40,766 nucleotides of DNA from Chlamydiota bacterium. GTDB lineage: Bacteria; Chlamydiota; Chlamydiia; Chlamydiales; SM23-39. Location: the NCBI GenBank assembly GCA_048498835.1, contig JBEHXF010000015.1:1-40766 (forward strand), read 5' to 3'. Every line of letters begins with the position of its first letter. Within the stretch, counting starts at the first letter, position 1. Below the pieces are notes generated by a model. That model did no database searches. It saw nothing but the letters and a program-made list of their open reading frames with translations, and was not told the origin of the DNA. This document shows, piece after piece, positions 9,537 to 19,456 of the stretch. The position numbers and the translations under genes were made by a program.

Positions 9537-10460
9537 ATGTCCAACGAATTGCCAGATAACCGTCTCTCTCTAGGAATTGCCATCACACTGGTTGCAAATC
9601 TTTTTTTTGCAACCGCTTCATCGCTTGTTTGGAATTTTCAGGGAAAATTTCCAACCATTCAGATTATTTTTATCCAAAACGTCGTCAGTCTCTTTTGCAT
9701 CCTGCCCATTGCTCTCAGAAAAGGGTGGGCTAGACTCAAGACGAATGAATTGCAAATTCACCTGATACGCGATTTGTTCGGCGTATCGAGTTATTATCTT
9801 TACTTTCTCGCGATTCGATACCTCAATCTCGTCGATGCCACAACACTCAATTATGCTGGCCCCTTTTTCGTCCCTTTTGTCTGGTGGATTTGGATGAAAG
9901 AAAAATTTGAAGGTCGAATTTGGTGGTCGATCATCATCGGCTTTATCGGCGTCGCCGTGATCCTCAATCCTTCGGCTGATATTTTACAAATGGGCTTTGT
10001 TTTTGGAATCTTTGCTGGCATGACCTCAGCTGTTGCGCTTGTCGCCGTGCGCGCGCTCAATCTTAAAAAAGAGCCGATGAGCCGAACGCTATTTTATTAC
10101 TTTTCCATCGCCGCTCTTCTCACCTTTCCCTTTGCATGGGCAGCTTGGATTCCCCCTTCCGGACGCGAGTGGCTCTTTTGTATTTTGATTGGGATGGCGA
10201 CGTCGGTCGGTCAAGTCCTTCTCACGATTGCCTACCGTTATGGCACAGCAGCCTATCTTTCCCCTCTGGGCTATGCGACCGTCATTTACAACTGCTTGAT
10301 TTCCTACTTTATCTTCCAAAAACCACTCGGATGGAGATCGGTTGTCGGAACATTTCTGATTGTCGTCGGCGGAACTTTGACTTATCTACTCAAGAAGAAA
10401 CCACATTCGATTCGAGACAGCTTCGTTAGACCGAAGCCCGGAGAAAAACCACCACTATAG
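9537..10460 (+). CDS. DMT/EamA family transporter
   Basis: About 10 hydrophobic segments in two halves; PFFV...LKEK-like and GFIGVAVILNP motifs. Confidence 0.92.
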   Translation: MSNELPDNRLSLGIAITLVANLFFATASSLVWNFQGKFPTIQIIFIQNVVSLFCILPIALRKGWARLKTNELQIHLIRDLFGVSSYYLYFLAIRYLNLVDATTLNYAGPFFVPFVWWIWMKEKFEGRIWWSIIIGFIGVAVILNPSADILQMGFVFGIFAGMTSAVALVAVRALNLKKEPMSRTLFYYFSIAALLTFPFAWAAWIPPSGREWLFCILIGMATSVGQVLLTIAYRYGTAAYLSPLGYATVIYNCLISYFIFQKPLGWRSVVGTFLIVVGGTLTYLLKKKPHSIRDSFVRPKPGEKPPL

Positions 10461-10461
10461 A

Positions 10462-10506
10462 AAGGCAGAAGTAGGAAGAGGTTTAGCCCTTTTTTACTTC
10501 TGCCTT
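10462..10506. terminator. Long hairpin between convergent genes (probable terminator)
   Basis: aaggcagaagta...tacttctgcctt 12-bp perfect stem, extendable with G-U pairs. Confidence 0.7.
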
Positions 10507-10512
10507 CTGACT

Positions 10513-10791
10513 TTAGTTTCCTTCCATCACTTTCTGAGCTGCGCTTTTACGCTGCGTCTTTACTTGTGAAGAAGCATCGGATTGATCGCCATTGCATCCG
10601 CTGTGGCAATCGTTGCTTTTTCTCGAGCAACCGCTGTCGCAGCTATCACACTCATCTCTCATTTCTGGAGAAGTGTCTTTTGTGCATTTAGTCATTGCGA
10701 TCTCTTTGCAGTTAGTTGTTGGAGATGCAGCAGAAACACAAAAGCCCGCAACTAGTGCGATTGCGGCAAATTTTAATACATCCATCTTCAT
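10513..10791 (-). CDS. Small exported cysteine-rich protein (OmcA-like composition)
   Basis: Signal-peptide-like N-terminus, 8 Cys in 92 aa, GAGG RBS. Confidence 0.7.
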   Translation of the reverse strand: MKMDVLKFAAIALVAGFCVSAASPTTNCKEIAMTKCTKDTSPEMRDECDSCDSGCSRKSNDCHSGCNGDQSDASSQVKTQRKSAAQKVMEGN

Positions 10792-10927
10792 AAAAAACCT
10801 CGTTACGAGTTGGTCCAGTTCTCACATTATTCCCTAAACCTTTTTTGAGTCTACAAGAAATTCTTCTACTTTATTCTGAGCTTCGTTACTATAAGGCCAT
10901 TTTTCTAACCGTTTTGGTGTTCGAATC

Positions 10928-11365
10928 ATGCTTAGACTGCTTTTTTTCGTTTTCTGTCTCGTTAGTTCCATCACAAACTGGGCAGAAGAGGGTCCTCATT
11001 ATTTCTCTGGCAAACACTTCCTCGGAAGTTATCTAGATTGTAATAAAGAAGCGATTGGCGATGTCGATGCTATGCTTGCCGCTATGGACCGAGCGGTTGA
11101 AGCTTCTGGAGCTACGATTTTAAGTCGCACCCCGCATGTATTTGAACCCAACGGCCTCACAGTTGTTTATCTACTTTCTGAAAGTCATGCTAGCCTTCAC
11201 ACCTATCCTGAATGGGGCGCTTGCTTTGTCGACCTTTTCACTTGCGGCGACCATTGCTCGCCTGAAGGATTCGATCGAGTCCTGCGGGCTTACCTCCAAC
11301 CTGGAGAAGTCAACGCACGCCTCTTTCTCCGCCACGAGGGAATTGAGGACGTCACTCCCTATTGA
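10928..11365 (+). CDS. speD: S-adenosylmethionine decarboxylase proenzyme with signal-peptide-like N-terminus
   Basis: GKH, GATIL, HVFEPNGLT, LLSESHASLHTYPE (self-cleavage E-S), DLFTCG. Confidence 0.9.
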   Translation: MLRLLFFVFCLVSSITNWAEEGPHYFSGKHFLGSYLDCNKEAIGDVDAMLAAMDRAVEASGATILSRTPHVFEPNGLTVVYLLSESHASLHTYPEWGACFVDLFTCGDHCSPEGFDRVLRAYLQPGEVNARLFLRHEGIEDVTPY

Positions 11366-11370
11366 TTTCT

Positions 11371-12300
11371 ATGCCTCCTATTTTATCGGTAAAAAAACTC
11401 AAAAAAGTCTACGGAGATAAACATCCGTTTTTAGCAGTGGATGAGATCTCTTTTGATCTCGAAAAAGGGGAAATTCTCGGCTTACTCGGACCCAATGGAT
11501 CAGGTAAGACGACGACGATTCAAATGCTCCTCGGAACGCTCTCGTACACAAGCGGCTCCATCTTCTATTTTGGCAAAGAATTTCAACAGCACCGCTCTGA
11601 AATCCTCCAACACGTCTCTTTCGCCAGCACCTATACGAGCCTTCCTTACATTCTCACGATTGAAGAAAACCTCGAAGTATTCGGTCGATTCTACGGTTTG
11701 AGCCCAAAAGAAACTTCTCGGCGCACACAAAGACTTCTGGAGCGATTTGGCATTTGGAATAAGCGCAAAGAGAGGATTTCTTCGCTCTCTGCCGGACAAG
11801 TGACTCGACTCATGCTTGTAAAAGCCTTCTTTATCCAGCCCTCCATCGTCCTTCTTGATGAGCCCACCGCATCGCTCGATCCCGATGTCGCTATGGATGT
11901 GTGTGATTTCCTCCTGGAACAGAGAAAAGCAACAGGACTTTCCATCCTCTTTACTTCCCATAAAATGGATGAGGTGACCAAACTCTGCGACCGGGCGATT
12001 TTCTTAAAAGAGGGGAAAATCATCGCGAATGACCTTCCTAAAAAGCTCGCTAAAAGCGTCTCCCGCTTTAGCCTTACCCTCACGATCTCCGATGGACTGA
12101 AGAGGACCGCTGCATTAGCGAAACAACAACAACTATCTTTTATCGTCGAACACCGCTCCATCGAACTTTCTCTCGATGAGACCCAAATTCCAGACTTTTT
12201 ACACTCCCTGATGCAGGCTGGAGTCACTTATACGGGTATCCAAATCAAGGAACCATCCCTCGAAACCTACTTCCTTCAAATCGCCGAGAAAAGAAAATGA
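11371..12300 (+). CDS. ABC transporter ATP-binding protein
   Basis: GPNGSGKTT, LSAGQ, LLDEPTASLDP, TSH; ATG 11371 preferred to TTG 11362. Confidence 0.95.
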   Translation: MPPILSVKKLKKVYGDKHPFLAVDEISFDLEKGEILGLLGPNGSGKTTTIQMLLGTLSYTSGSIFYFGKEFQQHRSEILQHVSFASTYTSLPYILTIEENLEVFGRFYGLSPKETSRRTQRLLERFGIWNKRKERISSLSAGQVTRLMLVKAFFIQPSIVLLDEPTASLDPDVAMDVCDFLLEQRKATGLSILFTSHKMDEVTKLCDRAIFLKEGKIIANDLPKKLAKSVSRFSLTLTISDGLKRTAALAKQQQLSFIVEHRSIELSLDETQIPDFLHSLMQAGVTYTGIQIKEPSLETYFLQIAEKRK

Positions 12301-13082
12301 ATCTAAAACGGGTCTCTGGAGTTTTTTTTCGCTACTATTACGTTCTACTCAAAGGGCCGCAACAGCTCTCCGACCTCTTTTACTGGCCGCTGATCGACAT
12401 TCTTCTGTGGGGACTCACCTCCGTGTGGATCCAAAGCCAAACGCAAGGCGTATCAGACTACCCTCTCCTCCTGATGACAGGCCTCATCTTCTGGCAAATC
12501 ACTTGGCGTGGATCGGTCGATATCTCAGTGAGCCTTCTGCAAGAGTTTTGGCATCGCAACCTCGTCAATCTCTTCTCCACTCCCCTCAAGCTCTCCGAGT
12601 GGATCGCTGGTGTTATTCTCCTTTGCCTTTCCAAACTCGTCATCACTGTCGCATTCGGCGCTCTCACCGTCTACCTTCTCTACGCACTCAATGTTTTTAC
12701 CATCGGCTGGGCTTTCATCCCATTTGGTATCTCTCTTCTGATCTTTGGTTGGATTCTCGGCTTTTTAGCCGCAAGCCTCATCATTTACTGGGGCCAGCAG
12801 ATCGAAGCGCTCGCCTGGATGATCGGGTTTGTCTTCGCTCCCTTCAGCGCCGTCTTCTATCCCGTTTCCGTCCTTCCCGAATGGGCCCAAGCGATTTCCT
12901 GGAGTTTACCCACCACCTACATCTTCGAAGGAATGAGACACATTCTCGCTCAAGAATCTTTCCCCCTCGAATATTTCTGGATCAGCATCGGACTCAACCT
13001 CTTCTACCTCACCCTTTCTCTCATCCTCTTCCGCTTTATGTTTGAGAAGAGCCGAGCGAAAGGCCTGGCCCGGCTAGAATAA
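12297..13082 (+). CDS. ABC-2 type exporter permease
   Basis: 6 TM segments, FSAVFYPVSVLPEW, LPTTYIFEGMR; ATGA overlap with the ATPase gene. Confidence 0.93.
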   Translation: MNLKRVSGVFFRYYYVLLKGPQQLSDLFYWPLIDILLWGLTSVWIQSQTQGVSDYPLLLMTGLIFWQITWRGSVDISVSLLQEFWHRNLVNLFSTPLKLSEWIAGVILLCLSKLVITVAFGALTVYLLYALNVFTIGWAFIPFGISLLIFGWILGFLAASLIIYWGQQIEALAWMIGFVFAPFSAVFYPVSVLPEWAQAISWSLPTTYIFEGMRHILAQESFPLEYFWISIGLNLFYLTLSLILFRFMFEKSRAKGLARLE

Positions 13083-13142
13083 TCGAATTTGACACAGAAA
13101 ATGACTGCCTAAAACAAAAAGCCCACTTCTCGGCATTAAAAA

Positions 13143-13923
13143 TTATCTAGTAAGCAATTCTTGCCCTTGATTGATTTCGTCAATAACCTCATCCATGGAA
13201 GTGAGCTGTCCAAAGTAGCTGAAGAGCTTTGAGCCCAGAGAAATCGAACTGAATGGATGAAAGGCGTGTGCCTCTGTTTTGAAAAGTTTTGGTTAAGGCT
13301 TCTTTGAGTTTTTTTGGCTCAATTAGTCCATTGCTTCTCACAAGCAGAAGAAGGTCGTGATAGTCTTTCATGCGGCTATTTTTTGAACCTTTAGAGAGAA
13401 CTGTTTCTAACTTTTCTGCGAATATAGTCTCAATTGGATAGACGAGTAGGGAGACCGCATCTTCAAAAAAGGGCTTCCCGCGATATTGGAAAAGCTTGAT
13501 TTCTAGGGTGTGAGGTTTCACAACGTCACCTACGCCCACATCGATATGGATTTTGTCTTTCATTTTCGCGAAAGATGAGCTAAGCGTGATCCGGTATCCT
13601 GGATAGTCCATGTGTGGTTGAGAAAGTAACTCGATACTCGAAAAAGTAAACGTGAATCCGTCATCCAAAGCAACTGTAGCAATTTCTTTGCAGAGTTCCA
13701 CAAGAGTTTCCCTCTCCGCTTCCATTCGATTCAGTAGAAAATCGAGGTCTACTGTTTCCCTTCCTATTCTCATCATGTAGGCGAGAAGGAAACCACCTTT
13801 GAATATGAGCTTATTGGCATAAAATCTTTCTAAGAGTAGCTATTTCCAACACGAGTTGAATGGGATACTTTTTTCTTTTGCAATCGTTTGAAGTCGATCT
13901 TTTAGAGCTTGTTCGTTGATCAT
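13143..13923 (-). pseudogene. abiEii: AbiEii/AbiGii nucleotidyltransferase toxin (type IV TA), disrupted
   Basis: ATG 13923 coupled to the abiEi stop; MINEQALKDRLQTIAKEKSIPFNSCWK*LLLERFYANKLIFKGGFLL...RETVDLDF...FAEKL...NSRMKDYHDL; in-frame TAG at 13840-13842; tail EVIDEINQ out of frame after 13189. Confidence 0.88.
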
Positions 13924-14516
13924 GTGGTCACACTCAACAAATAGGGAGTGATGTTAAATCGGAGCTTCTTAGCATACGCTTCTAGCTTTACAAGATCGAG
14001 GCGGTTTTTTCCGCCCTTAGCAATCCCAGCCTTCAGCGCCTTGATCGCAGTCTCACGGCTCAAGAGTCGGAAGGCATCAATAATCGTTCGTTCTCGGTCG
14101 AAGATAGGAATGACCAGTCCTTCAACGTCAATCTCAGTTTTCCCTAATTCCAGGTTTCGGAAGCGGATAATTTTGGTTTGGCGATTGCTTCTAGCCGAAG
14201 TTCCGTGCCGGATACCAATCCAATGCTGACGAGGAAGTTCTTCCGTTAGATCATAGATGGCAAGAGCAGATAGGAGACAAACAACTCCGCTCGGAATAGA
14301 AAAGACAGCTTCTGCCAGATCCCCCCAACGAGTCGAGAAGGGGTTGTTTTTGCCTGCCTGTTGATATAGGCCACGGCCAATCCTTTTGAGCTTGCCTATC
14401 TTGACGTAGTGAGCGAGTACGGCTGAAGATAGTCCAAGGGCTCGAGCTTCTCTTGCAGTAAATGAGGGCTTATTTAGAAGAGGTTCTAGCGCCTGGAAGT
14501 ATCTTTTTTGTCTCAT
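13920..14516 (-). CDS. abiEi: AbiEi-family type IV TA antitoxin / transcriptional regulator
   Basis: N-terminal wHTH (LKRIGRGLY), VCLLSALAIYDLT, FDRERTIIDAFR. Confidence 0.9.
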   Translation of the reverse strand: MRQKRYFQALEPLLNKPSFTAREARALGLSSAVLAHYVKIGKLKRIGRGLYQQAGKNNPFSTRWGDLAEAVFSIPSGVVCLLSALAIYDLTEELPRQHWIGIRHGTSARSNRQTKIIRFRNLELGKTEIDVEGLVIPIFDRERTIIDAFRLLSRETAIKALKAGIAKGGKNRLDLVKLEAYAKKLRFNITPYLLSVTT

Positions 14517-14524
14517 GTCTTTAA

Positions 14525-14569
14525 CTTATCAAAAACACCCAATCATAGCAATTGGGCGTTTTTGGCAAG
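14525..14569. promoter_or_regulatory. Inverted repeat operator upstream of abiEi
   Basis: cttatcaaaaacacccaat-N7-attgggcgtttttggcaag (16/19 match); AbiEi proteins autorepress via promoter inverted repeats. Confidence 0.7.
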
Positions 14570-14742
14570 AACAATCCAGCCACATTGCAGATCCTTGAAG
14601 AGTGCTCAAACTGATTTAGGCAGAACTAATTATGAATAGCTTGCTCTACAAGTTCGAAGTTATTTTCTAAATTGGCTCAGCAGAATCTCTCTTTGTGTTA
14701 AATTGCACAAATAAAACGGTTAGTCCAATTGCAAAAGCTAAT

Positions 14743-15015
14743 TCAATCAAGAGTAAGATCCCTGACTTGAAATGCCCTAGCTATAGAGTTGGCAATCAAT
14801 GGGTTTAATGGATCAGAATCCAAGAGATGACACATCAATGCCGTTCCTCCACCTACACAAAATGAAATCGCAAGATTTGATGGCAGGAGATAAGCAATGA
14901 TTCCAATTGCTACTGCTGTAATCAGTGAAGCCAGAATTCTTATAGACAAGGGCGCGGGATCAACAGGTACTACTTGTGTATTTGTAGGCATTGATCCCTG
15001 AAATAATGGAGTCAT
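14743..15015 (-). CDS. Small Inc-like membrane protein (90 aa)
   Basis: ATG 15015 just after the upstream stop; ILASLITAVAIGIIAYLLPSNLAISFCVGGGTALMC. Confidence 0.55.
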   Translation of the reverse strand: MTPLFQGSMPTNTQVVPVDPAPLSIRILASLITAVAIGIIAYLLPSNLAISFCVGGGTALMCHLLDSDPLNPLIANSIARAFQVRDLTLD

Positions 15016-15017
15016 GG

Positions 15018-15656
15018 TTAGGAGCCTTGTTCTAAATTCGTTTGGGCGATTTCTGCCTCTCGTATGCGGTAAAGACGTTTTAGGTAGGCTTTTACCTCCG
15101 GACACTCTTTGATACTCTCGCGGTAGTGGACCCGCAGCTCTTCAATGCTTGCTGACATGCGGAGAGGCTGGGCTGCAATCTCAGCTTTATGAGGGAATTT
15201 GACATAGGCTCGGTAGGCTTTATTCATCCGGCGCAGCGAAATCGTCAGGAACAGTGCAGGAATGGAGAGAAGGGTGGAGAGGTAAAAAAGCTTTTTCTCA
15301 AAACCCTCCTTCATCAATCCTTTGATTTGGATGTCGCCAATCACAACATAATAAAGAAGCACAAAGAGAGAACACCAAAGGCCAATCAACGATAGAGTGA
15401 GAAGGATCGATCTTTGCTTGACGTAGGAAACATAAAAATAGAGGGCTGGGTAGGCCATGAGAGAGAAGAAAAATACGGACCATTGCAGCGAAGTGGGAGC
15501 AAAAGCGATGACCGAATTTGTCGACTCGTAAAACCAAGCAACCCAACTCAATGATAGATTAATAAAAAATAGAACTTTCCAGAATTCACGTTTTTTTAAT
15601 TCTTCATTTGTAAAAAAAGATTCTAATCGGATTGTATCAGTCATAACATTCTCCAA
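15018..15656 (-). CDS. Hypothetical 4-TM membrane protein
   Basis: Four hydrophobic segments plus a soluble C-terminal tail. Confidence 0.75.
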   Translation of the reverse strand: MENVMTDTIRLESFFTNEELKKREFWKVLFFINLSLSWVAWFYESTNSVIAFAPTSLQWSVFFFSLMAYPALYFYVSYVKQRSILLTLSLIGLWCSLFVLLYYVVIGDIQIKGLMKEGFEKKLFYLSTLLSIPALFLTISLRRMNKAYRAYVKFPHKAEIAAQPLRMSASIEELRVHYRESIKECPEVKAYLKRLYRIREAEIAQTNLEQGS

Positions 15657-15724
15657 GATAAAATCCCTCGAAGATACAGAACCTATCCAAATAAAGCTAG
15701 TTCATTGGATAGGTTCTCGAGAAA

Positions 15725-16693
15725 TTAACGAACGGCTTCGTAGGCTTCGATCACCTCGGCGACGCCAGGGCAAACATTCTCCTTCCACCGTTGATCTCCG
15801 CTTTTTAGACATTTGCGGATTTCGGTACCAGAGATGGCGTGGACAGAGGAATCGACGTCCACATAGTTGCGCTCGTAACCTACATCGCGGCCCCAATTGA
15901 CGCTATCGATGTTTGGGATGATCATGACTCGAGCTGCAATATTCATCTCTTTCATGCTTTTTTCAATCATCTCTTTGCGAACAGCCACAGGCCATGCATC
16001 CGTCTCCGTATCTCGGACAAAAATGAGAAGCGGGCGGTTTGGATTTTTCTGTCTGACGGCATCCATAATTGCCCAATGGCCCCGATGGAAGGGAGACCAA
16101 CGACCGACAAAGAGAGCATGAGGAACTGTCGGATCTGGTAAATTCATAGCGACAATGATCTTCTTCGCACTCTCCTTCACAGACTCTTCTGCCGTTTTGC
16201 AAATGACTTGCGCTTCGGTAGGAGCCTCATAAGGAGCAGAAATGCCAGTGAAAGATTTAATCTCTCCATTTAAAGCTTTCTTATACATTCCCTTCACATC
16301 GCGCTGAACGCAAACATCTAGCGGAGCGTCAACATAGACTTCGATGAATCGATAGCCCGCATCTTCAAAGGATTGCCTTGCCATGGCTCTCACTTCTTCG
16401 CGAGGGCTGACGACGGGAATCAAAACATAGTCAACCGATTGCAAAATGAGCTTGCCAATCTCGACGATTCTTCTTAGATTTTCTTTTCGATCTGCATCGG
16501 AAAACCCGAGATCTTTATTGATGGTTGAGCGAACTTCATCTCCATCGAGCAAAACGCTACCGGGAAAATGGACTTGCAATTCTTTTGCAATCGTGGTTTT
16601 TCCACTGCATGGCAATCCAGTAAACCAAACAGCTACTTTTTCAGCTCCGAAGAGGGAGCTGCATAAACAACAAAGAACAACTAGAAATCTCAT
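15725..16693 (-). CDS. cysC: Adenylyl-sulfate kinase fused to a HIGH-type nucleotidyltransferase domain, signal-peptide-like N-terminus
   Basis: WFTGLPCSGKTT, LDGDEVR, DLGFSDADRKENLRRI, RDVKGMYKKA, FTGISAPYEAP; C-domain FVGRWSPFHRGH, WGRDVGY, ISGTEIRK. Confidence 0.9.
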   Translation of the reverse strand: MRFLVVLCCLCSSLFGAEKVAVWFTGLPCSGKTTIAKELQVHFPGSVLLDGDEVRSTINKDLGFSDADRKENLRRIVEIGKLILQSVDYVLIPVVSPREEVRAMARQSFEDAGYRFIEVYVDAPLDVCVQRDVKGMYKKALNGEIKSFTGISAPYEAPTEAQVICKTAEESVKESAKKIIVAMNLPDPTVPHALFVGRWSPFHRGHWAIMDAVRQKNPNRPLLIFVRDTETDAWPVAVRKEMIEKSMKEMNIAARVMIIPNIDSVNWGRDVGYERNYVDVDSSVHAISGTEIRKCLKSGDQRWKENVCPGVAEVIEAYEAVR

Positions 16694-16757
16694 ATGCCTC
16701 CAGGGTTAAAATGGAGGGGCAGTTTAAAAGAATTGCTGACTTAAATTAAATGTTTTT

Positions 16758-17573
16758 TTACGAAGCGCGGAGAGAAGAGGATTTGCGAGAGGAAGAAATT
16801 GGAACCCGAGTCAACCAGTTGAGACTTGCAGCAGAAATCAATTCTTCGCATCCCAACATAAAACCAAAATTATCTAAAAAAATTCGGTTTGCTTCCATCT
16901 TCCCTTGAGCACAATTCGCCTCTAAAAAACGAATGACAAGCTCATCCATGTCGATCCATTTCCGACCGGATCGATCCCAATCACATCGGAATGCTCTCTC
17001 TTTCAAACATGGCGCTAACCAGTTGAGATTCAAAGTGAGATAGAAAGCAAATTCGCTACGCTCTTTAGAAGGTGGCAATTCGAGCAATTTAGCCATGACA
17101 ATCTCGCCATCCAATTCATGACACCGTTCGCCTTTCACCATCAAGAAACACTCATTCCTTCCCCTTGGCTTGTCCCACGTCTCCAAAAACTTTTTCTGAT
17201 AAACCGAGATGATTTGGAGAGGCTTTTTTTCTCGCCGCTGAACAACGACATTCGGAAAATTCTGCTGCTCTCTCTTTAGCCAAGCGGTGAAAAAAATGCC
17301 GTTTCGAAAGCAGTTTTGCAAGAGATCTACCGCAAGCTTTGAAATTCCTTGAGCCCCCAAAACTCGTTGTCCCTGAAGCCACTGGATTTCCATTGGGTAG
17401 AAAGTCGATAAATTGAGAGAGTAGGCATTCGATGCGGCGTGGAATAATAAATAGAAAAGATCAGAGCGACTAGTTTGGAGCAACTCGAGAGTTTGACAGC
17501 ACTGAAGCATATCCAGTTCTGAAACGATCAGGCCGCTGGGCATCGTAACTAAATTCAATGTAGCGATGTTCAT
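16758..17573 (-). CDS. Hypothetical protein, paralogue of 19457..20254
   Basis: Shared blocks EIxW, LPPSxxRS, NCxxGKxExNR, NFGFxxGxE. Confidence 0.75.
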   Translation of the reverse strand: MNIATLNLVTMPSGLIVSELDMLQCCQTLELLQTSRSDLFYLLFHAASNAYSLNLSTFYPMEIQWLQGQRVLGAQGISKLAVDLLQNCFRNGIFFTAWLKREQQNFPNVVVQRREKKPLQIISVYQKKFLETWDKPRGRNECFLMVKGERCHELDGEIVMAKLLELPPSKERSEFAFYLTLNLNWLAPCLKERAFRCDWDRSGRKWIDMDELVIRFLEANCAQGKMEANRIFLDNFGFMLGCEELISAASLNWLTRVPISSSRKSSSLRAS

Positions 17574-17635
17574 ACCCTAGTTTTTTGCCGCGAAGAATCT
17601 TAACCAACCCTTAAATATTTTTACACGTATTTACA

Positions 17636-18481
17636 TTACCAATTGTAGTCTGATTCGTAGCCGAGCTCGATGAGGAGATCTCCGATTTCTTCTTTTGTGG
17701 CTATTTTATGCACTTCTTTGAAGTAGTCTTTCCAAGCACCTACTTTCCCCCTGAAAAAACTCCATCCTTTTCCAAAGTGGCGCTTATAGAGTTTTTTCAA
17801 CAAAATATCGGAATAAGGAAGATCTAACGCCTGAACTACCTTTCTCAATTCTCGCAAGGCTTCTCGGTCGCTTTCTACCCCTCCATGCGATCCCATCAAC
17901 TTGCCAAAATCGAGGACGCAACAAAGGGGAGATGTCAACCATCCCATGTAGCGTTGGGTTTGCCATCTCAAGCGCATTCGAATCATCGCCAGCAGCCTCT
18001 CGTCATCTGACTGGAGAAGCTCAATCGCTTTGTCGTTAAAATGAATGTACTTATAGTGGTTGAGCAAAGAGATGAGGAGATCTCTGGGATCTCGTTTGAT
18101 AAAAAAATTGATGCAATTTCTCTCTCTTAGATACTGCTCCATGACAGTCGTGTAGGGGGCATGCAGATGGAGAAACGTTCCTTGCCTTTGATTGAGAGCC
18201 CAGACGCGATCCATCGTCTCTTTCGTCCACGGGTTGTTATCAGGGGAGAAAAAGAAATAGGCCGGATTGGTTGAGAGCGCCCAATCTCCCGATCGGGGTT
18301 CATCGAGCGGAGGCTTGTATTCTTTCGCCCAGTAGTAGTGTTTACCTGTTAATTCGGTTAAAATTGGAAGGAGTAAATGCGTCCCCGATTTCGGTTCGGT
18401 AAATAAGACAAAGTCAACTGCATGAACAAAAGGGAAGCTGAATAGAAGAAGCCAAATTTTAGCGGCCAAATTCTCGCTCAT
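17636..18481 (-). CDS. PAPS-dependent sulfotransferase with signal-peptide-like N-terminus
   Basis: 5'-PSB motif PKSGTHLL, 3'-PB motif RDPRDLLIS, C-terminal FFRGKVGAWK...LGY. Confidence 0.9.
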   Translation of the reverse strand: MSENLAAKIWLLLFSFPFVHAVDFVLFTEPKSGTHLLLPILTELTGKHYYWAKEYKPPLDEPRSGDWALSTNPAYFFFSPDNNPWTKETMDRVWALNQRQGTFLHLHAPYTTVMEQYLRERNCINFFIKRDPRDLLISLLNHYKYIHFNDKAIELLQSDDERLLAMIRMRLRWQTQRYMGWLTSPLCCVLDFGKLMGSHGGVESDREALRELRKVVQALDLPYSDILLKKLYKRHFGKGWSFFRGKVGAWKDYFKEVHKIATKEEIGDLLIELGYESDYNW

Positions 18482-19454
18482 TTTTTATTTGTTGATTCAT
18501 TTCATCGATTTTCAACAACTGCTGCGACAGGATAAACTTTTCCTCAAAAATACGATGGGCGGTTTTCGCCATTTCCCAGCAAATTTCGGGGTGATATTGG
18601 ATGAAATCAAGATGTGTTTGAATCTGGCGGTAGATCTCTTCAGCAGAGAGGTTTATATCGATGTAGAAAACCGAATCTCCAAATTGCTTTCGGACAAATT
18701 CATTTTCATCTGAAATGATGAGAGCAGAGGCTGCCGCGGCCTCAAAGATTCTCGAGGATGGGATCCCCTCTCGGTTGTGTGTGTGGGAGTGAAGAACAAG
18801 AACGATCCCATGCTTTTGAAGAGCATCAATGACCGAGATTCCATCAAAGGGGATCTTGCCTAAATAACCTCGTTTTACTCCATTGCCGGGCATGCGCATT
18901 CCATAAAACCTAGCTTTTCCACTCTGGCTCAAGAGGGAGTACAAAGTTTGGTATTTTTTATCGAATCTTCGCCTGCTCCATGCGGGCAATGTCGTTACAA
19001 GATGGGTAAGAGGGATTTGCTTATAGGGAACCAATTGAATCGATGGATAGAAAGGGAGCCAATTTAACTTCCGGCCACTTTCCGCCTCAAACTCTTGGAC
19101 AGGTTCAATCGTCATTAAATACCCGTCGTATTTTTCGTAAAAAGAGAGAAGTTTTTTATCCTGATCCAAAAATCCAAAAGGATGAAAGATGGTGAGATAA
19201 TTAGGACAATGGGGATTGTGATGGATATTTTGAGGGAGAAGGCAAATCACCCAATCGAGATCTGTTCTTTTTTTAACCTGTACTCCCTGATTCTCATCTA
19301 AAATGGCTTCCCATCCGAGATGTTCCGCAGCGCGCTTGATTCGCCATCCTATTTCCCTCTCTCCATAATAGGTATGATCTGAAACAATACCGATCCGAAC
19401 TTGCGCGTGCACACTCCAAGCAATCGCCAAACAAGCCAACAGCTTAAAAAGCAT
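18459..19454 (-). CDS. Glycosyltransferase (CgeB/YkvP-like GT-B) with signal-peptide-like N-terminus
   Basis: YLGKIPFDG, SSRIFEAAAASALIISDENEFVRKQFGDSVFYID; overlaps the sulfotransferase start. Confidence 0.8.
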   Translation of the reverse strand: MLFKLLACLAIAWSVHAQVRIGIVSDHTYYGEREIGWRIKRAAEHLGWEAILDENQGVQVKKRTDLDWVICLLPQNIHHNPHCPNYLTIFHPFGFLDQDKKLLSFYEKYDGYLMTIEPVQEFEAESGRKLNWLPFYPSIQLVPYKQIPLTHLVTTLPAWSRRRFDKKYQTLYSLLSQSGKARFYGMRMPGNGVKRGYLGKIPFDGISVIDALQKHGIVLVLHSHTHNREGIPSSRIFEAAAASALIISDENEFVRKQFGDSVFYIDINLSAEEIYRQIQTHLDFIQYHPEICWEMAKTAHRIFEEKFILSQQLLKIDEMNQQIKNEREFGR

Positions 19455-19456
19455 TC

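Noticed and set aside
11441..13045. Overlapping ORFs including 12407..13045 and 11691..12227
   Set aside because: Alternative frames of well-supported ABC transporter genes
13189..13776. Intact 195-aa AbiEii toxin as listed in the ORF track
   Set aside because: It starts after the KGG motif and is the downstream part of a gene broken by TAG at 13840
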